Source of the DNA: Marsupella aquatica | Lineage: Eukaryota > Plantae > Marchantiophyta | NCBI GenBank assembly: GCA_973895155.1 | Contig: OZ316893.1 | Location: 7,588,963 to 7,652,962, forward strand | DNA: 64,000 bases | Direction: 5' to 3' | Shown: in pieces, positions 51,533-64,000 of the stretch | How the letters are laid out: every line of letters starts with the position of its first letter | How positions within the stretch are numbered: position 1 is the stretch's first letter | The notes under the pieces: generated by a model | Seen by the model: the letters and a program-made list of their open reading frames with translations, nothing else | Told to the model about the DNA's origin: nothing | Database searches by the model: none | Program-made: the position numbers and the translations under genes

Positions 51533-54500
51533 ATATATCTCTCAAAAGACATTCTATATAACCATCACTGAAGATCGACAATGCACCATTGGCCACCAAA
51601 TCATTGAATCAAGCAACGTCGTTGAAACTAATAACTGATACATAGCCATTTAGTTCTAGCTATTGTCATGACGTTGCTGAAGCACTTTATATAGCACAAA
51701 GAACTGCTTATGACTACTTCATGAATCTCTGACAAATCAATTTGTAATACATCTATCTACTTGCTCATAAACAGTTCCTCAGACATTAGAGCTACCTACA
51801 TGTTCCAAAATTGGTTAGTATTGAAAGACCCACCTGCTTGTGGAACCCGGAGCAGGTGTACTCATTTTGCCAACCACGATTTCTATTTATTCAAACACAG
51901 CTGCAAGCTAGTCGAGAGAAGTGAATCGGATTAAACTCGAGCTTAGAAACTGATGCTTCGTGACTGGAGAGTACTGCGTAGGAAGATCACAATCGTAAGT
52001 CGAATAGCCATCTCTGAGTCAGTAGCTCCCCGGCTGCGATGTTGTATTTGGCACTTGCCTTGATGATGCAATAGCATGTTACAACTAAGTCATTCCCGGT
52101 GCTGATCAGTCCCATCGCTGTTTAATAGTTCATGTACTCGATCCGACACACATTAGTTTGCCCTGGCTTGAATGAGCCTATGAACAGGACATCACTTCAA
52201 CGGAACTATACCGTGCGAAGTCCTGAGAAATTAACATTAAATAGCTGCAGACACTCGTCGATCCTCGATTCAATGGATCCGAATTCTCTCGTCCCGAGCA
52301 CTCACAAAGTCATCCATCAGTTTGCATGTCGACAATCGACAACGTGTCATCGTCGAGGTGAAAGCGATTGGCTCGAGCCCCAAAAATGTGTTATGTTCTG
52401 TACCATGCAACTCAGTTCTCCATGTGTTTGTAGAATCTGTTCATGGATTTTACGAATTACTCATTAAAGGCTGTCAAGAGACGATGAGACATCTCTAGCG
52501 CGAGCCGACAAGCAGCCGGAACAGACATTACGTACCAATGATCTGATACAGAAACTATTCGAACTTGCTAGCTAGTGATGCCTGCACGCGCGGCGTGATC
52601 TGATCTGACGTAAAGTAATGTGAAACTAGGATTTCCCCCAAGCTATCAGATGCAGCGTATCCACCATGACGACCAGTTTCACTCACTGAACAACAGTGCT
52701 GTTTTCGGAGATTAATTATACACAATCCAAACAATGGATGGAGAGGAAGGATTGGAGCGGGCTAGGCATCGAGCTACCCCATCCACGGACTGAGTAGCAA
52801 GCTTCTACTGCAGAGAAGATTGATTGATCGATCAAATGCGTGGGTAAGGGGTCTGAGAAAAGATTGATTATCTGAAGGGCAGCTACTTGCGACTGGGAGT
52901 AGCTAGCTCACCAGCTCGATCCAACCCTCGCGTTACAGCTACTACGTGCTGCAGCAGACAGTCCTCTCTCGTCTGAATCTTCCAGCCCTGCCGAACATAA
53001 TTATGCAAGAAATTCTTGGCACATAAGATTGTTGGTAGGTGCAGTTTGGAAACCTTCGACAATTATGCGTTCGAAGAGACCGGCGTCAATTATTATTATG
53101 TGGAGAGGTTGTCCCTCCTGTTGATCCCTTGCTGGCTCTAGTCCTTGTTGTTTTGGCGGTTGGTTGGGACCTTTTTTGGCTCTTCGGTCTCTGATTTTTT
53201 CATTTGTTTAATCTCCCTCCTTGATTGTGTTTCTTGCCTTTAGAGATCCTCTCTCCCCTCTTTTATTGGGTTTCTTGCCTTTTGTCTCCATGTATACTAA
53301 TTATGTATGGTATGTAGCCTTTTGTTCTTTGCAGTATTTTATATTTTAGGGTTTCTTGCCTTTAGGAATGATTCCTGTTTTTCTCTTCAGGTATACCATG
53401 TATGGTATGGAGCCTTATTTTATATATTTTAGGTTTCTCATAAGGGAATCCAAACTGTCATGAGATTTTTTTTTGTAAATAATGGTAAGGTGTACTAATA
53501 TAGATGCTCCCTTCTAAGACAGCTATTAACTTATTAGGAGTTGGGATCATTAGGTTTGATATTCCTTGGGTTCCAGGATCAAACGTGTATCTGAGTAGCT
53601 AAGTATATTTCCCTAAAGTAAACAATTTGACTCAGGGAGTCCCCCTTTTAATGTGAGGAACCAAAAGTTGGGTGTTGCCTATGCTAGATGAAAAGATTAA
53701 ATTGGCCAAAAAGAGACTAGACAACGTAAATTGAGTTGTTGCTCAAATGAAATAGACATAGTGAAGACCCTACTACTTAGACTAATTAAAGCATTAATAT
53801 TAACCCAGAAAAAATAGTTTTCGTAATAGATTTGGTGGATTGGTCCCAATGAGACAAAGAAATCTAATTATTTCTAAACTTTTAATGGTGTACAAATAAC
53901 CATAATCACGTTGATGTCAACTGCCCAGGAGTCTATGTACTGTCGCAGGGTAGTATTCTATCACTAGACCAACTTAGAGTGTCACATAACACAAGCTAGG
54001 GAGCACAATACCAACTGCTCCCTCCAGGGCATCTAAAAGTTCCAGATGTGATAGTATTAACTCCCAATTTACAATTAGGAGCATGAAGAGTGCGGAGATC
54101 CCAAATTGCTCATCATCACCTTTGAACTGTAAAATGTAACTGTGAGCCGTGGCAATAAGCAAGCTTTACCCCCTAGGCACAGAAATAATAAAAACGCTCT
54201 ATTCCCTAAACAGAAGCCCTGGTGCAAAGCATGAATGGAACAAGCAGTGTACAAGGTGGTTTGAGTACACCCTTTGTATTTCTCGTCTTCGAGTCTAGAG
54301 AAATTCATTTTATTTTCATGCAGTTTACAGTTTCACTTCCGGGGATTACGAGGGGTCTTAGGGAATCAACCTTGGAGAGTGACCAACTGTAAAACAATCG
54401 TGACTAAAATAAACTCCCACTTTGCTTGTATCTCAAGGAGCACCTCCTAGCATCTCAAGGAGCAGCACTTTGCTTTACGGATGATCTGGGATGATAATGA

Positions 54501-54586
54501 CCCCATGAGGTAAAATGAACCACTGGGGTGTTGTTCCTGCGAGACTGAAAGGAAGGTTGGGGTTGCAGAAAGTAAGTCCCAAAAGC

Positions 54587-54660
54587 TGCTTCCACTGAGA
54601 GTTGAACTCAGGACCTCCCGCTTACTAAACGGGTGCTCTAGCCAACTGAGCTATAGAAGC
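54587..54660 (-). tRNA. trnT-AGU: tRNA-Thr (anticodon AGT)
   Basis: Reverse complement GCTTCTATAGCTCAGTTGGCTAGAGCACCCGT-TTAGTAA-GCGGGAGGTCCTGAGTTCAACTCTCAGTGGAAGCA folds as a cloverleaf with A and B boxes. Followed by TTTT on the minus strand (54581-54584). Confidence 0.96.
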
Positions 54661-55299
54661 ACACGCTACCGGTTTGAAGATTATACATTTTACCTAATTT
54701 TTTCAGTCTGAGTTACTTTACATGCTGCGTGTAGACGGTGCGCAGAAACCACATGAGAAATGTTTCTTGCTTATTTATTGACAGCTGATCTCTCAGGTGG
54801 TCATTTGTCAAGCTCACAAATAGTGTTTGAAATGAAGTTATGAATCAATGTATCCTTGCTCCTCAAGCTGTCACTAATGGGGCTAGAGTGATGTCAATGA
54901 ACTAACTTGACAAAGTGGTAAGTATTTCTGCGTGGGAGGGGCTGTCAGAATTGGGCCCAGTTATGATATTTACCGGTAGGCCTCTGGAAAATCAGTTGTG
55001 GACTAAGGTTCTGTAAACTAACTAAGGTTCCAGACTTCCTTTTCCAAATTGCATTACGTCCAACAATACTGGCACCCTAAGCATTTGAGTACCAATTTGT
55101 TTTGCTCATACCTAGTGAATAACAAACGAAGCTAGTCTCTGAACAGCCGCCACATGGCAGCTAAATCTATCATTTTTTTGTAAGCAGGACATCTTGAGCT
55201 TCCATGACTCAAGGCGAGCATGTGATTCACTTGGAAACAATCCCTAGTACACCAGAACCATAAAGCTTCCATCTCACTGTATATACCCAATCCTTATGG

Positions 55300-56250
55300 C
55301 CCAATTTAATTGACTCCATAGATACTTGCCAAGATTGCACACGTAAATAAATGACACAAATTAACATTCTACCTCCTCTTAAATTTTTGAAAGAATGTCA
55401 TGTGTAAATGGAGCTCTTGCTAGGGTCTTAAATAGCAAGACTAGTTTGGCAGCTATTTCAGTTGGATCAGGTTCGATAGTCAACTCACTACTTCTACTGT
55501 AAATTAGTGAAACAACTGAAGAACAATCTGAAAACAGTACCTTATTCTCGACAGATGAATATGCCCACAAAATGGTGGCTCCATCTGCACGTCCAGAGAT
55601 CAAAAGCTGTCGCTGGTGGAGCCATTTGCATTGGTCAGTATACCTTCCAGAAACCCAATGACTTTCTCAACTAATATAACCCACATAGTTGAAGGAATAG
55701 TTGGTTCAAGCTCTAAACTAAAAAAATCTCTGGTGAAGCAAAATTGAAGTACAAAATGGAGATAAACATTGATAGATGTTGCAAGTATAAAAACCACCTG
55801 AATTAACTTGATTACTACCAGGGAGCCACAGGCCACAGTTCAAAGTCCTTATGGCCTGAAAGACTCACCAGCATTTTGCTTCCATGAATATTCCATGAGC
55901 CTGACTGCCCATACTTCAAAGATTGATAGTAGTGATGATTCATTTTGACACATATATAAATAATAATATTGTTGTTCCATCTAGAAATTTTGGTGAGGCC
56001 CTGGAGTCACGTTCTAGAGGCTTGACTCTAGAAGCCGAGACTCCAACTCTAGCTTCTGTTCTCGATTTATTAGTAAGATGTTTACATTACTGTTGCAAAC
56101 TGAACTGAACCTTGCCCTTAGTAGTACACCTCGACCAAAACAATGACAAAACTGCTCAGATATCTGGGACCTCTTCGAGCAATACAGATTTATCCTGCTT
56201 AACACTGTTGAAAGAGTTTTTAATATACACATAGATCAACATTTATGAGA
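55300..56250 (-). mobile_element. Probable LINE ORF2 relic (endonuclease-RT linker region)
   Basis: Broken frames with L1-linker-like text (LTIEPDPTEIAAKL; RINLY..) in CpG-poor sequence. No catalytic motif intact. Confidence 0.35.
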
Positions 56251-59200
56251 TTTACCCCAGAAAATGGAAGCTAGCCTATGCAAGAATTAAAATACCTGAA
56301 CCATAAACCAAGACACGCTCCAAAAGCAGAGAAGGTCAGTATTGAAGCAAAGTGGACATACATAAGAACATCTCTAAGTAGAGCTTAGCGGCTAAACCGC
56401 GAAGTTGACAGCTACAGGAGGGCCCCCATTTAGCTGGTCACTTGCATAGACGATGGGAACCCCATCCATGAAGCTCAAACTTGACTGCCATTAGGCCAGC
56501 CTGGGTTCAAACAGACATCCACCCATGTTTTCCCTAAACTTTTCCAGCAAGTTCTTGTGACTTTTGAGCCATTTTCCTGTATGAGGCCCAATTCCAATTC
56601 TACCTTGCCACTCCAGAGCGCTCGCACTGAGTGGGCATAACAGAGGGACAAATTTTGCTGAGTGTTTTCTTGGCAGAGTAGATTGGGAATGGTTGACACT
56701 TGGGCTGACCCCAGGGCTGACATTGCCTCGACATTCTTTGGATGCTCGAAAGGTTTTGTCAGTTTTATTCTGCATAGCTTCTTGTCCTGCTTAGACATTT
56801 CATTTCTGGTTGAAGGTAGGCCCCAAGAACTCCCAGTGTCTCTTTCCTACCAGTCTAAACACCCTCATGTATACTAAGACAAATTTCAATTATATGGCCT
56901 TAGTATTTAATGCAAAATGTTCCTTGTTTGCAGTAGTGAGTTCAGTATAGTGACTGTTCAAAAGTGGAGCCGTGCCTCCTTTGCATCCTCCTTTTGCTTA
57001 GTGTTTTTGGTTTGATCCAAGTATGTATGAGATGACATTTATTTTTTCAGAATTTGATCATTGCAAAGACTAATTCTAAAGTTATCGAGATAGTTAGACC
57101 CAAAGGTACCCAGGAGTCTATTGAGTAATTCTCTCTCACATGTTTCATATTTCAACCATAAGGGGTAATTGAGAGTGCACGCAAACAGGAAAACATTTCC
57201 TGTTATGAGTAAAAAACCCCACTTTTGCTAGCAAAGTTAGTCCCTACCTGGTTAGTAAAATCCAATTTTGGGATTCCTCTTTTGACTAGGGAACTGGCAA
57301 GTCTTAAAAATGCACTAGAAATACAAAAGTCAGCAAAAATCAAAAGACATAAGAACCTCTAGTGAATTGCTAACAACACTCTCGTGGCTATCAAAAATTC
57401 TTGTTTGCTAGCATCACACAAGACCTCAACAGTATCTTGGGGTTACAGTTCAAAAGTTGTGCACTGTTAAGCTGAATATTCTTCTACCATTTGGTTTTCA
57501 ATGGTGGGCCTTTTGTGGAGCACTGAATATTTCATCCTCAACTTATACTATACTTCCTCATCCATTGAATTGCAAAGAGCAGAACCTTCTCCTACAACAA
57601 GGGTGGGGCCGGTTTATGTACTTTAGTGCTTTCACCGTTAAAGTTTGACCTATGTTTCTGGTCCACATCCTTCACATTCGATCTCTTGCTCACACAAAAT
57701 CTTGTCCTCGCATATTCTGTCTGATCCTTCCAATTTCTGGCTTATCCTCTCTAATTATCTCATTCTCTCTCATTCTCTAGCCTTTTTCTTTCGCCTGGCA
57801 TGAATGGAAAGCTGTGCTGATAAGCACTGACCCAAACTGAGCTTTGATACTCTTTATTCTCATTCAGTGCTCCTCTCCCCAGTCCACCTTGAGTTGTGTG
57901 ACATTCTCTCTCTCTCCCTGTATGGAGACGAAGACGGTTCACATTCTTTTGGGGAATCTGACTTCGTTGGCTCTTTCTCCACAACATTGCAGACCATTCT
58001 AGGAAATTAAAATAATGGGGTAGAGGAGGACCAAACCCATGAAATGCGGGGCAGAGGTCAGAGCTATGCATCAACAGTCTCGCTCCAGAGACTGATGTCG
58101 AAACAAGAGCCAACCATTTTACTTGCAGAAAAGCTGACGTCGATTCAGGTCCTACTTTTCAGGCTAGGAAATGGAAAGACGAATAGCTAAAAAGGTGGAG
58201 TTGGACAGACGGCCATTGGTTTTGGGTGAAAGGGAGGAGTTGGACAGAGGCCATTGGTTTGCTTTGTTTGTGAAGCTGCCAGCTTCCCGTTCTCCCACCT
58301 CATCAGCCCACAATCATCATCAACAACAACTACTGCAGTACATCATGAGCTGAAAGCACTTGAAGTGGCAGCAGCAAAGCTCGTGCTACTCTGCTGCTAA
58401 GTAAGCATGATGAGCAGCAGAGTCCCCCCTCTCTCTCCCTCTCTCTGTCTTTCTCTCTCCCGCTCTCGCTCTCGCTTTTCATCATTCATGAAAGAGGCAT
58501 AGGAGAGAAGAAAGCTCTCTCTGTCGCTGTCATCATTTATAAAGGTGGCATAGGAGAGAAGAAAGCAGAAATGTTGGCGTTTCATCGTTCCGTGATGAGG
58601 GAGCACACTACAGAGGAAAGCGCTCAGACAGTGACGGAGGAGAGGACTAATGAGACACCAGAGAGGAAGCAGAGAAAGTCTGGGTGAATTTGGCCACTGT
58701 TGGAAGTCCTACGTCCTCAGCTTGTGAATGACCCGCTGCAAAGGGATCGCTGATTGACTGAGCTCTCAGTACAGTAAGTCAAAACCAAAGCAAAATTCCA
58801 CATAAAAACATTCCTCCATGTACACGAGCCGCCGCAGAATAGGACATCTAGACTTCGCAAAGAGCAAGCCCGGGGGTTATTTTACCAGAGCTTTGGTTGC
58901 ACGAGTCATCAGATTCGGTGGCATTCTGCCTGCTCTGTTTGACCCACGGAGAGAGAAAGAGGGAGAAAGAGCCCATTGTGATCACCGCGTCCCTCCAGGA
59001 CAGAAGAGCACAGATATTGCAGAGTGATGGCGCAGTTCTCAATTTAGATGTCTAGCAGTGAGTGCCCCCATTGTTGGTTTAAGCAATCCACATTGCAGGA
59101 GCGAACTGAATTGCCGCAAGGCGGCTGGCTGACTGGCTGAAGAGGAAGGAGGATATGTATTGATCAAGTGAGGTGTTGGAATCCCAGATAGAGAATCGAG

Positions 59201-59277
59201 TGGGAAACGACAGAGAGGATTTGAATCTCAGGTGGTTTGGCTGGCTCGCTGCTGGTGGGTCAGATAGAAGTGGAGAG

Positions 59278-62200
59278 ATGGCTTGCAAAAGGGACGACGA
59301 GGCGGCGACAGCGGTGGCCAAGCATAGCAACGTGACAGTGAATGGGGCTGTCAAGCAAAATGGGCACGGCTTGGTGGTGGAGGTGCCGGAGCCGGACCCA
59401 AACATGAAGGTGACGGTGGGCGTTTGTGTCATGGAGAAGAAGGTGGGTCAACATACCAAACCATACCTCTTTTCTGCTCCCCGCTCAAACGAATTTGGGA
59501 TCACTGGGAAGACAATGTGGTTTGCATTGGGGAAAATTTCTCTCAATATCTACCGGCCTAGTGACTGGTCTCCAACCAAGTGCGGCTTAGAGTTTCTGGC
59601 TGTTGACTCAGTGCATTTGCCCCAGCAAGAAGAAACATGGAATTCAAATTGAAAGTAAATTAGGGTCCACTAGTTTGGTGATTCGTTTACAGGGTCTAGC
59701 ATGAACTTGTTTTCTCTTGGAGTTTAGGAGTTTCTACAGGGGCCAACATTTCCCTCAATCCTGACGCTTTCCGTGGTACCCGCTTGTATCCTTGTTTCGT
59801 CTCGCTGATGACCAATCAATGTCGTCAGACGAGAGGGATTTGGGGATTACACTTGGACTGAGAGGTTTCTCGGCCCTCAATGGTGAATCTTCCCTCGTCA
59901 AGTGTTTTTGTGGAACTACATTTTCCCTCGCCAGTCAATTTCCTCTGGTCTTGGGCCAGAGGACTTTTGAGAATTGCTTCTCTTCTCAGATGGTTCTCCT
60001 CTCGTCATCGTTTCGCAAGATGTTTGGCAAAACGTATTGATCGACAACATTTTGGAGAACTGCTCGCCCTTCTCGAGAATCTCCTCGCATCTTCGATTTG
60101 CAAGATTTTTTGTAATACTCCCTCCTTCCTTAAAAGAATTGCCTCTGCTTTTGTTTTACAACATTTAGTTCCGTTCCCGACGAATCTTGCCTCCTCATTT
60201 AGCGTGGCAAGACTCCTGGAGAGCTTAAATTTCGAGCGGGATCGTTCCGTGTGGTCTCTGCGTTCAAGCAACCCAGGCAGTGAGTGAAGCTCAACCACGG
60301 CAAATCGCAAGCTACCTTCGTGGAGCATGGGCGAGGATGCGCTGTAAAAGCTTTACGTCACAGGGGCCCCGCGGCAGAGAGTTGCCTTCGGCAACATTTT
60401 AATCCCGGAGAGTGCGCTCGTGGACAGAGTAGCAAAGGAACGACTCAATATTCTGTGACGGAGGCTCTACAATCGACGGGGCCAGCGAATGCTATCGTTT
60501 GTTACAAAACTGGATGCATGCGTTGTGCCCACTACTGTCCTGTCGCAGTCCAGCCGTCCACCAATTCGTCCTCGTCGGATCGTTCTTGTGCGCTCGGACC
60601 GTTTTGAATTAGAGGACTATCGACTCTAGGTGGATTGGAAACATTGGGAAGCTCCTGCTGGCGAGCGAGTGAGGATTGTTGATCTTGGCCCTATCTGACA
60701 GAGTCAAAGGATTTATCGTCGTCTTCAGTTCTTTCGCGCTCTGAAGAAAGACATGTGCGAATTACTGGGGTCTTCAATTCTTCGTCCTCTCTTCAAGAAT
60801 GAAGCGATTAATGGGAGTCTTCGTAGAACTAGATTTGGGGGAGGTCGATTTTGCACCTGAATTCGCTGCAGAAATCATGCATGTCCGGGAGAGACAGCGT
60901 CCTGGAGCTGGGGTTCCTGCTGGTGTCGCCCTCACACAATTTCTGTCCAGGAAGTGGATGCGCGTGCCTTCGTCAATCGAAGGACCCTTAGCCACACACC
61001 CACCCACCCACCCACCTCGTTGCCACCTGTGGCGTTCGCCTCGTTGCGAGTATGAATTTGGAGAATTGCTTAGGTGTGTGGACCTTGGAAGGAGCCTGTA
61101 GGACCACTGCGAGGTGTATCTAACAGTCGACCGATTCGAAGGCTCCTGTACATGTGCTTGTTCGTGGTCAACAAAGGTGGACTCACGGCCAGATCTGTCG
61201 TACTGTTGTGGTTGTGGTAGCCAGACAAAGGAAATCCTCAAGCAGCTCGACTAGGCTAGACCCATTGCTGTACTAACTTTGACTGAATAAATTTTTGTCT
61301 ATTGGAAGTAATGGCGGGCGGGTTGTTACAGTCGAAATCACTTCATGTTCTCGATTGTGGCGTACTCTTTAGACTGTTGGTACTGAATCTGATACATTTG
61401 TTTCACTTTTGAAAAGGCTAATTCGCCTCCAATGACTGAGATTCTGAAACGGCTGCAATCGTTCGGGGAGTTTGAGGTACGGATGTACTGTGCAACCCAA
61501 AACCGTTTTCTCCAAATATGCTTCTGTACTCTCCAAACTCTTTTGCGTTTGGGCACTCCCAGCTGGTGATTATTTTTTTAATGTTTTCGGGATCTTTTAC
61601 GCATTCTGTACACTTGCCACATTGGAGAGAAATTCTGAAATTCATGACTTCTGCCGCCGTACTTCGTTTGTGTTAGTCTAGTTTTTTTGGTACTTTTCGC
61701 ATTATCGAGATAATTCTAGAGAAAATGATCGTGTTTGGAATACCAAGAACAGGCAGAGTCCACACTTTTGCAAGGTATCCTGGATTGCACTGTATCTTTG
61801 AACTCGTCTTCATGAAATTGATGGATGCTTTTGATGTGGGAGCAGATCATACTGTTTGGGGATAAAGTTATTCTCGAAGACCCAGTTGAAGAGTAATGTC
61901 TCAACTTGCCTTTTTATGTTTCGTGGGGTTATGCAGAGAAATAATTCCAATTCCATCATTTTCCAGTAATTGTTGTCCACTTTTAATTCTCACGCAGTCT
62001 GAGCCTGGTTGGTGTGCCAGTGGATCCTAGTTCAGTGAAAATGTTTTATTGCCATGAAGCGCATCGAGACGATTTGTCTACGAGCTAAGACTTTTGTGGC
62101 TGCTGCTGGTTTCAATCAGCTGGCCAATCTGCCAATGTTTGATAGCATTTTATTCGTCGGGATACCCTCTTGAAAAGGCCGAGGCTTATGGAGAACTTCG

Positions 62201-63871
62201 AAAGTAATTCTCCTTTCAATCCAACATTGTCTCAGTTGTTTGCAATGTAGGAAAGAAAGTCCACTATGTCTGTTCCTCACAAACTTTCACCTGTGTCTAT
62301 ATTTTCAAAACCTGAATTTCTTGCATAATGAGGTTCCCTCGGTGACTTGCCTTGTGTGGCTGTCCTAAAAGCGGAGTACCTATTTCCAAAGTAGCATTTT
62401 CGTCTGCTCTGAGCCTACTGAATCGCCGCTACTCATTACTACATATCTCCTTGTTCACAATTCTGCAGACCCTTCCTAGTGAATGAAGTGAAATCTCAGC
62501 ACGTTCTCCATGATCGCCGGAAGGTGTATAATGTAAGTTGCCTGCAACGCTAGACTCCCTTTTCTTTAACCGTACTGTGCCAGTGATGTGGTAATTGCGG
62601 AAATATCGTCAGGTAGCATATTTGCAGGTGGTAGATGTTGGTACCAGATCCCTTCCTCCCTCCCTCCCTCCAGTTTAACTTAAATAAGAAGTGATTCAAA
62701 ATACGGAGATGCTTTTACTTTACTTTACTTTACTTTGGGATGCAGCTGTTCAACAGATCCACTCGTCTATGCTATTTGTTGCAAAGGCCGTACTCTAGTG
62801 GACTTTTTCATAGATGTGAAGTTGACCTTTTTACTTCTGAGGCAACGTCTTCAAGCTTGCTGTGGTTAATAACACAAGGCAATACTTTCAGACGAGTGTC
62901 CAGTTTGTGGAGCCTCATTATGGGGGATTGGGGATAGGAGAGGAAAACTAATGGGTAAGTGGACGCTAGTCAGGAGTTTTCAAGTCGCTTTAGTAGTTGG
63001 TGGAAATTTTAATCGTGGTTTTCTTTTTGGTTTGAATGAAGCGGTTGGAGGAATATGGTATTCCTATTCCAACCTATGCGTTGGTCAACAGAGATTATCC
63101 TGATCAGGAGTTAGACTATTTCATAGAGGAAGAGGACTATGTTGAGGTCCATGGAAAGAGGATTGTGAAACCTTTTGTCGAAAAGCCGGTAGATGGTGAG
63201 TCTTTCTGCTCCTATTGGGTAATTTTGTCTCTCAGATTGTTGGCATCACGTCGTTTTTGTTGTTTTTGTTAAGGGTTTGAAATTTGCCAAGGTTTCTCAG
63301 CAAGTCGGTGCTGTGATTATCAGCAGTGTAAAACATTCATTGATATAAACCTTGACTGAAACTTCTGAAATATTTGGAGTTTGATCGCCTCGTGCATACC
63401 GCTGGGGCGATCAGTTGGATTGTGCGTTCCGGTGTTGGCCAGCTTGGCAGAATCTGTTGAATGGTTTTACCTTTTAGCACTCAATAGGTAAATTACTAAG
63501 ATACGTTTCTCAACATATCATAGGTGACAATCATCGTGTAATGATATACTATCCAAGCTCAGCTGGTGGAGGCATGAAAGAACTCTTCCGGAAGGTACTA
63601 TTTGTTGGTGTTTGAACCTTTCATTTTTTATGATGTGTATACATTAAAAATCACAAATTTTTAGCTCAGTATGACATCCTGCTACTTTGAGTTGTCATTA
63701 TTTGCAGAAGTTCTTGTTTTAGACTGTGCTGGAGGCTGAGACTTCTCTGCATTGTGGTTGATTCAGGTGGGGAACCGCTCAAGTGAGTTCCATCCAAATG
63801 TGCGAAGGGTTAGAAGGGAAGGATCCTACATCTATGAGGAGTTTATGCCTACAGGTGGGACTGATGTAAAG
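59278..63871 (+). CDS. VIH: VIH/VIP1-type inositol hexakisphosphate and diphosphoinositol-pentakisphosphate kinase (PPIP5K), 5' part; continues beyond the window
   Basis: Exons 59278-59442 ([11 protein letters not shown]), 61417-61476 ([16 protein letters not shown]), 61846-61892 ([12 protein letters not shown]), 62120-62203 ([20 protein letters not shown]), 62469-62532 ([14 protein letters not shown]), 63042-63195 (KPFVEKPVD), 63524-63594 ([17 protein letters not shown]), 63767-63871 ([23 protein letters not shown]). Confidence 0.96.
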
Positions 63872-64000
63872 GTACATTTCTGTCCATTTCGTCCTGAAGC
63901 TACTGATATTAAGGAACACTCTTGAGCAAGGTAGATCGTCAATCACGTTGGCCTAGCAGCCTATGTGCTGAAGAGTAAGAAAGCTGTAGATTCCAAATTG

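Noticed and set aside
59443-59652. In-frame read-through of VIH exon 1 giving ..LFSAP.., similar to the VFSAPM of angiosperm VIH
   Set aside because: Similarity stops after four residues and the true next exon ([10 protein letters not shown]) is at 61417. Probably coincidence.

Overview
Eukaryotic, intron-containing plant nuclear DNA. An early-diverging land plant such as a liverwort is suggested by the gene set, but this is inference. Positions 1-~13 kb are a nest of decayed transposons: (i) a Ty3/Gypsy-type gag-protease retroelement carrying a DNMT3-like C5 cytosine methyltransferase domain directly after the aspartic protease, truncated just before the expected reverse transcriptase; (ii) a PIF/Harbinger element with transposase, Myb/SANT-like gene, a third unexplained gene and a nested MITE; (iii) LINE relics. 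Intact host genes are a CBE1-like eIF4E-binding protein (+, ~15.7-24.3 kb), a class III peroxidase (-, 27.0-29.4 kb), an XIP-type aquaporin (-, 49.7-51.5 kb), tRNA-Thr(AGT) (-, 54.6 kb) and the 5' part of a VIH/VIP1 (PPIP5K) gene (+, 59.3 kb to window end). The intergenic 30-49 kb holds an inverted-repeat-flanked RNase H1 hybrid-binding-domain ORF split by a solo LTR, a hAT MITE, several tandem repeats and a possible LRR-ROC relic. The standout signal is the retrotransposon-borne DNA methyltransferase. All exon boundaries were read by eye and no database searches were run.
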